Assembly: GCA_001244265.2 (NCBI GenBank)
Contig: CDLV01000004.1
Span: 992,001-1,056,000, forward strand
Origin: Microbotryum violaceum
Taxonomy: Eukaryota
DNA: 64,000 bases
Reading direction: 5' to 3'
Positions 62,022 through 64,000 of the stretch are shown here, piece by piece. Within the stretch, counting starts at the first letter, position 1. Every line of letters starts with the position of its first letter. Below the pieces are notes generated by a model. The model was not told where the DNA came from. It worked only from the letters and a program-made list of their open reading frames with translations, and did no database searches. The position numbers and the translations under genes are program-made.

Positions 62022-62052
<31 letters not shown>

Positions 62053-62155
62053 ATGGGTTCAAGCCCCCTGGGGTCAGGCAATTTTGCGCGCACCCCGCAC
62101 TTGCCTTCAAAGCCGCACCCACTGCCACAAGCTCTTCAGCTTCGCGCACAGGGGG

Positions 62156-62250
62156 TGTTGAACCTCCCTCCATCTCACTTCTAGGACAATATGCGCTCCC
62201 TGAAGTAGAGGTGCCTCTCCTTTTGGTGCAGTGGTATATTGCTCCTAATA
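62156..62250 (+). repeat. 95-bp mini-LTR (TGTTGAAC...TAATA), preceded by a G-rich PPT and followed by PBS GGTTATGAGC
   Basis: Inverted near-identical copy at 62355-62449. Confidence 0.75.
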
Positions 62251-62570
62251 GGTTATGAGCTCGTGCGATGTGTGATGGACGTGTGCGGCTCGAGTGGCTG
62301 AGGCTCGAGGAAAAAAACGCGAGTGGCGGGCTGGTAGCTCGTGGGCTGATAACCTAATAGGAGCAATATACCACTGCACCAAAAGGAGAGGCACCTCTAC
62401 TTCAGGGAGCGCATATTGTCCTAGAAGTGAGATGGAGGGAGGTTCAACAGGATCCACCGGCGCTGGCGCGCTGAGTCAGTCGCGCGCGTCTAAGTCCCAG
62501 CGCAGGGGGCGGGCTAGCGGGTGCGCGCAACGACCGAGGCGCCTCTGCCGAGCTGAGAGTGGACTTGTCA

Positions 62571-63998
<1,428 letters not shown>

Positions 63999-64000
63999 TG

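Larger units (their letters stand above)
57875..62449 (-). mobile_element. Rearranged Copia C-type element with unlike termini, TSD GGATC
   Basis: C-type LTR 57875-58317; RT/IN/PR 58318-61650; inverted C LTR 61651-62021; 95-bp LTR-like repeats at 62156-62250 (+) and 62355-62449 (-). Confidence 0.8.

Overview
Eukaryotic, intron-containing fungal DNA. Short GT-AG introns with CTRAC branch sites and TpCpG-biased C->T decay suggest a basidiomycete, probably Pucciniomycotina/Microbotryum-like (inference). Most of the window is nested, mostly decayed retrotransposons: two Ty3/Gypsy families (one a chromovirus), at least five Ty1/Copia families (my labels A-E), solo LTRs, a tyrosine-recombinase (DIRS/Ngaro-type) relic and a small MITE-like element. 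A host-gene island at 5.7-10.9 kb holds a copper-fist (Ace1/Mac1/Haa1-type) transcription factor gene with a GC-AG intron, and an F-box/WD40-like gene that has a premature stop and is cut off by a Gypsy LTR. Target-site duplications allow several nesting layers to be reconstructed. The main observation: LTRs of eight distinct families, both Gypsy and Copia, carry a spliceosomal-intron-like segment (GT-donor...branch...AG) whose 3' part is a direct copy of the sequence just upstream of the donor. Sister LTRs in the window have precisely lost or gained this unit. I propose, as a hypothesis, that these are self-regenerating LTR introns that are spliced from the 5' end of the RNA and restored during minus-strand transfer. 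Many single-base frameshifts at homopolymers may be assembly errors.
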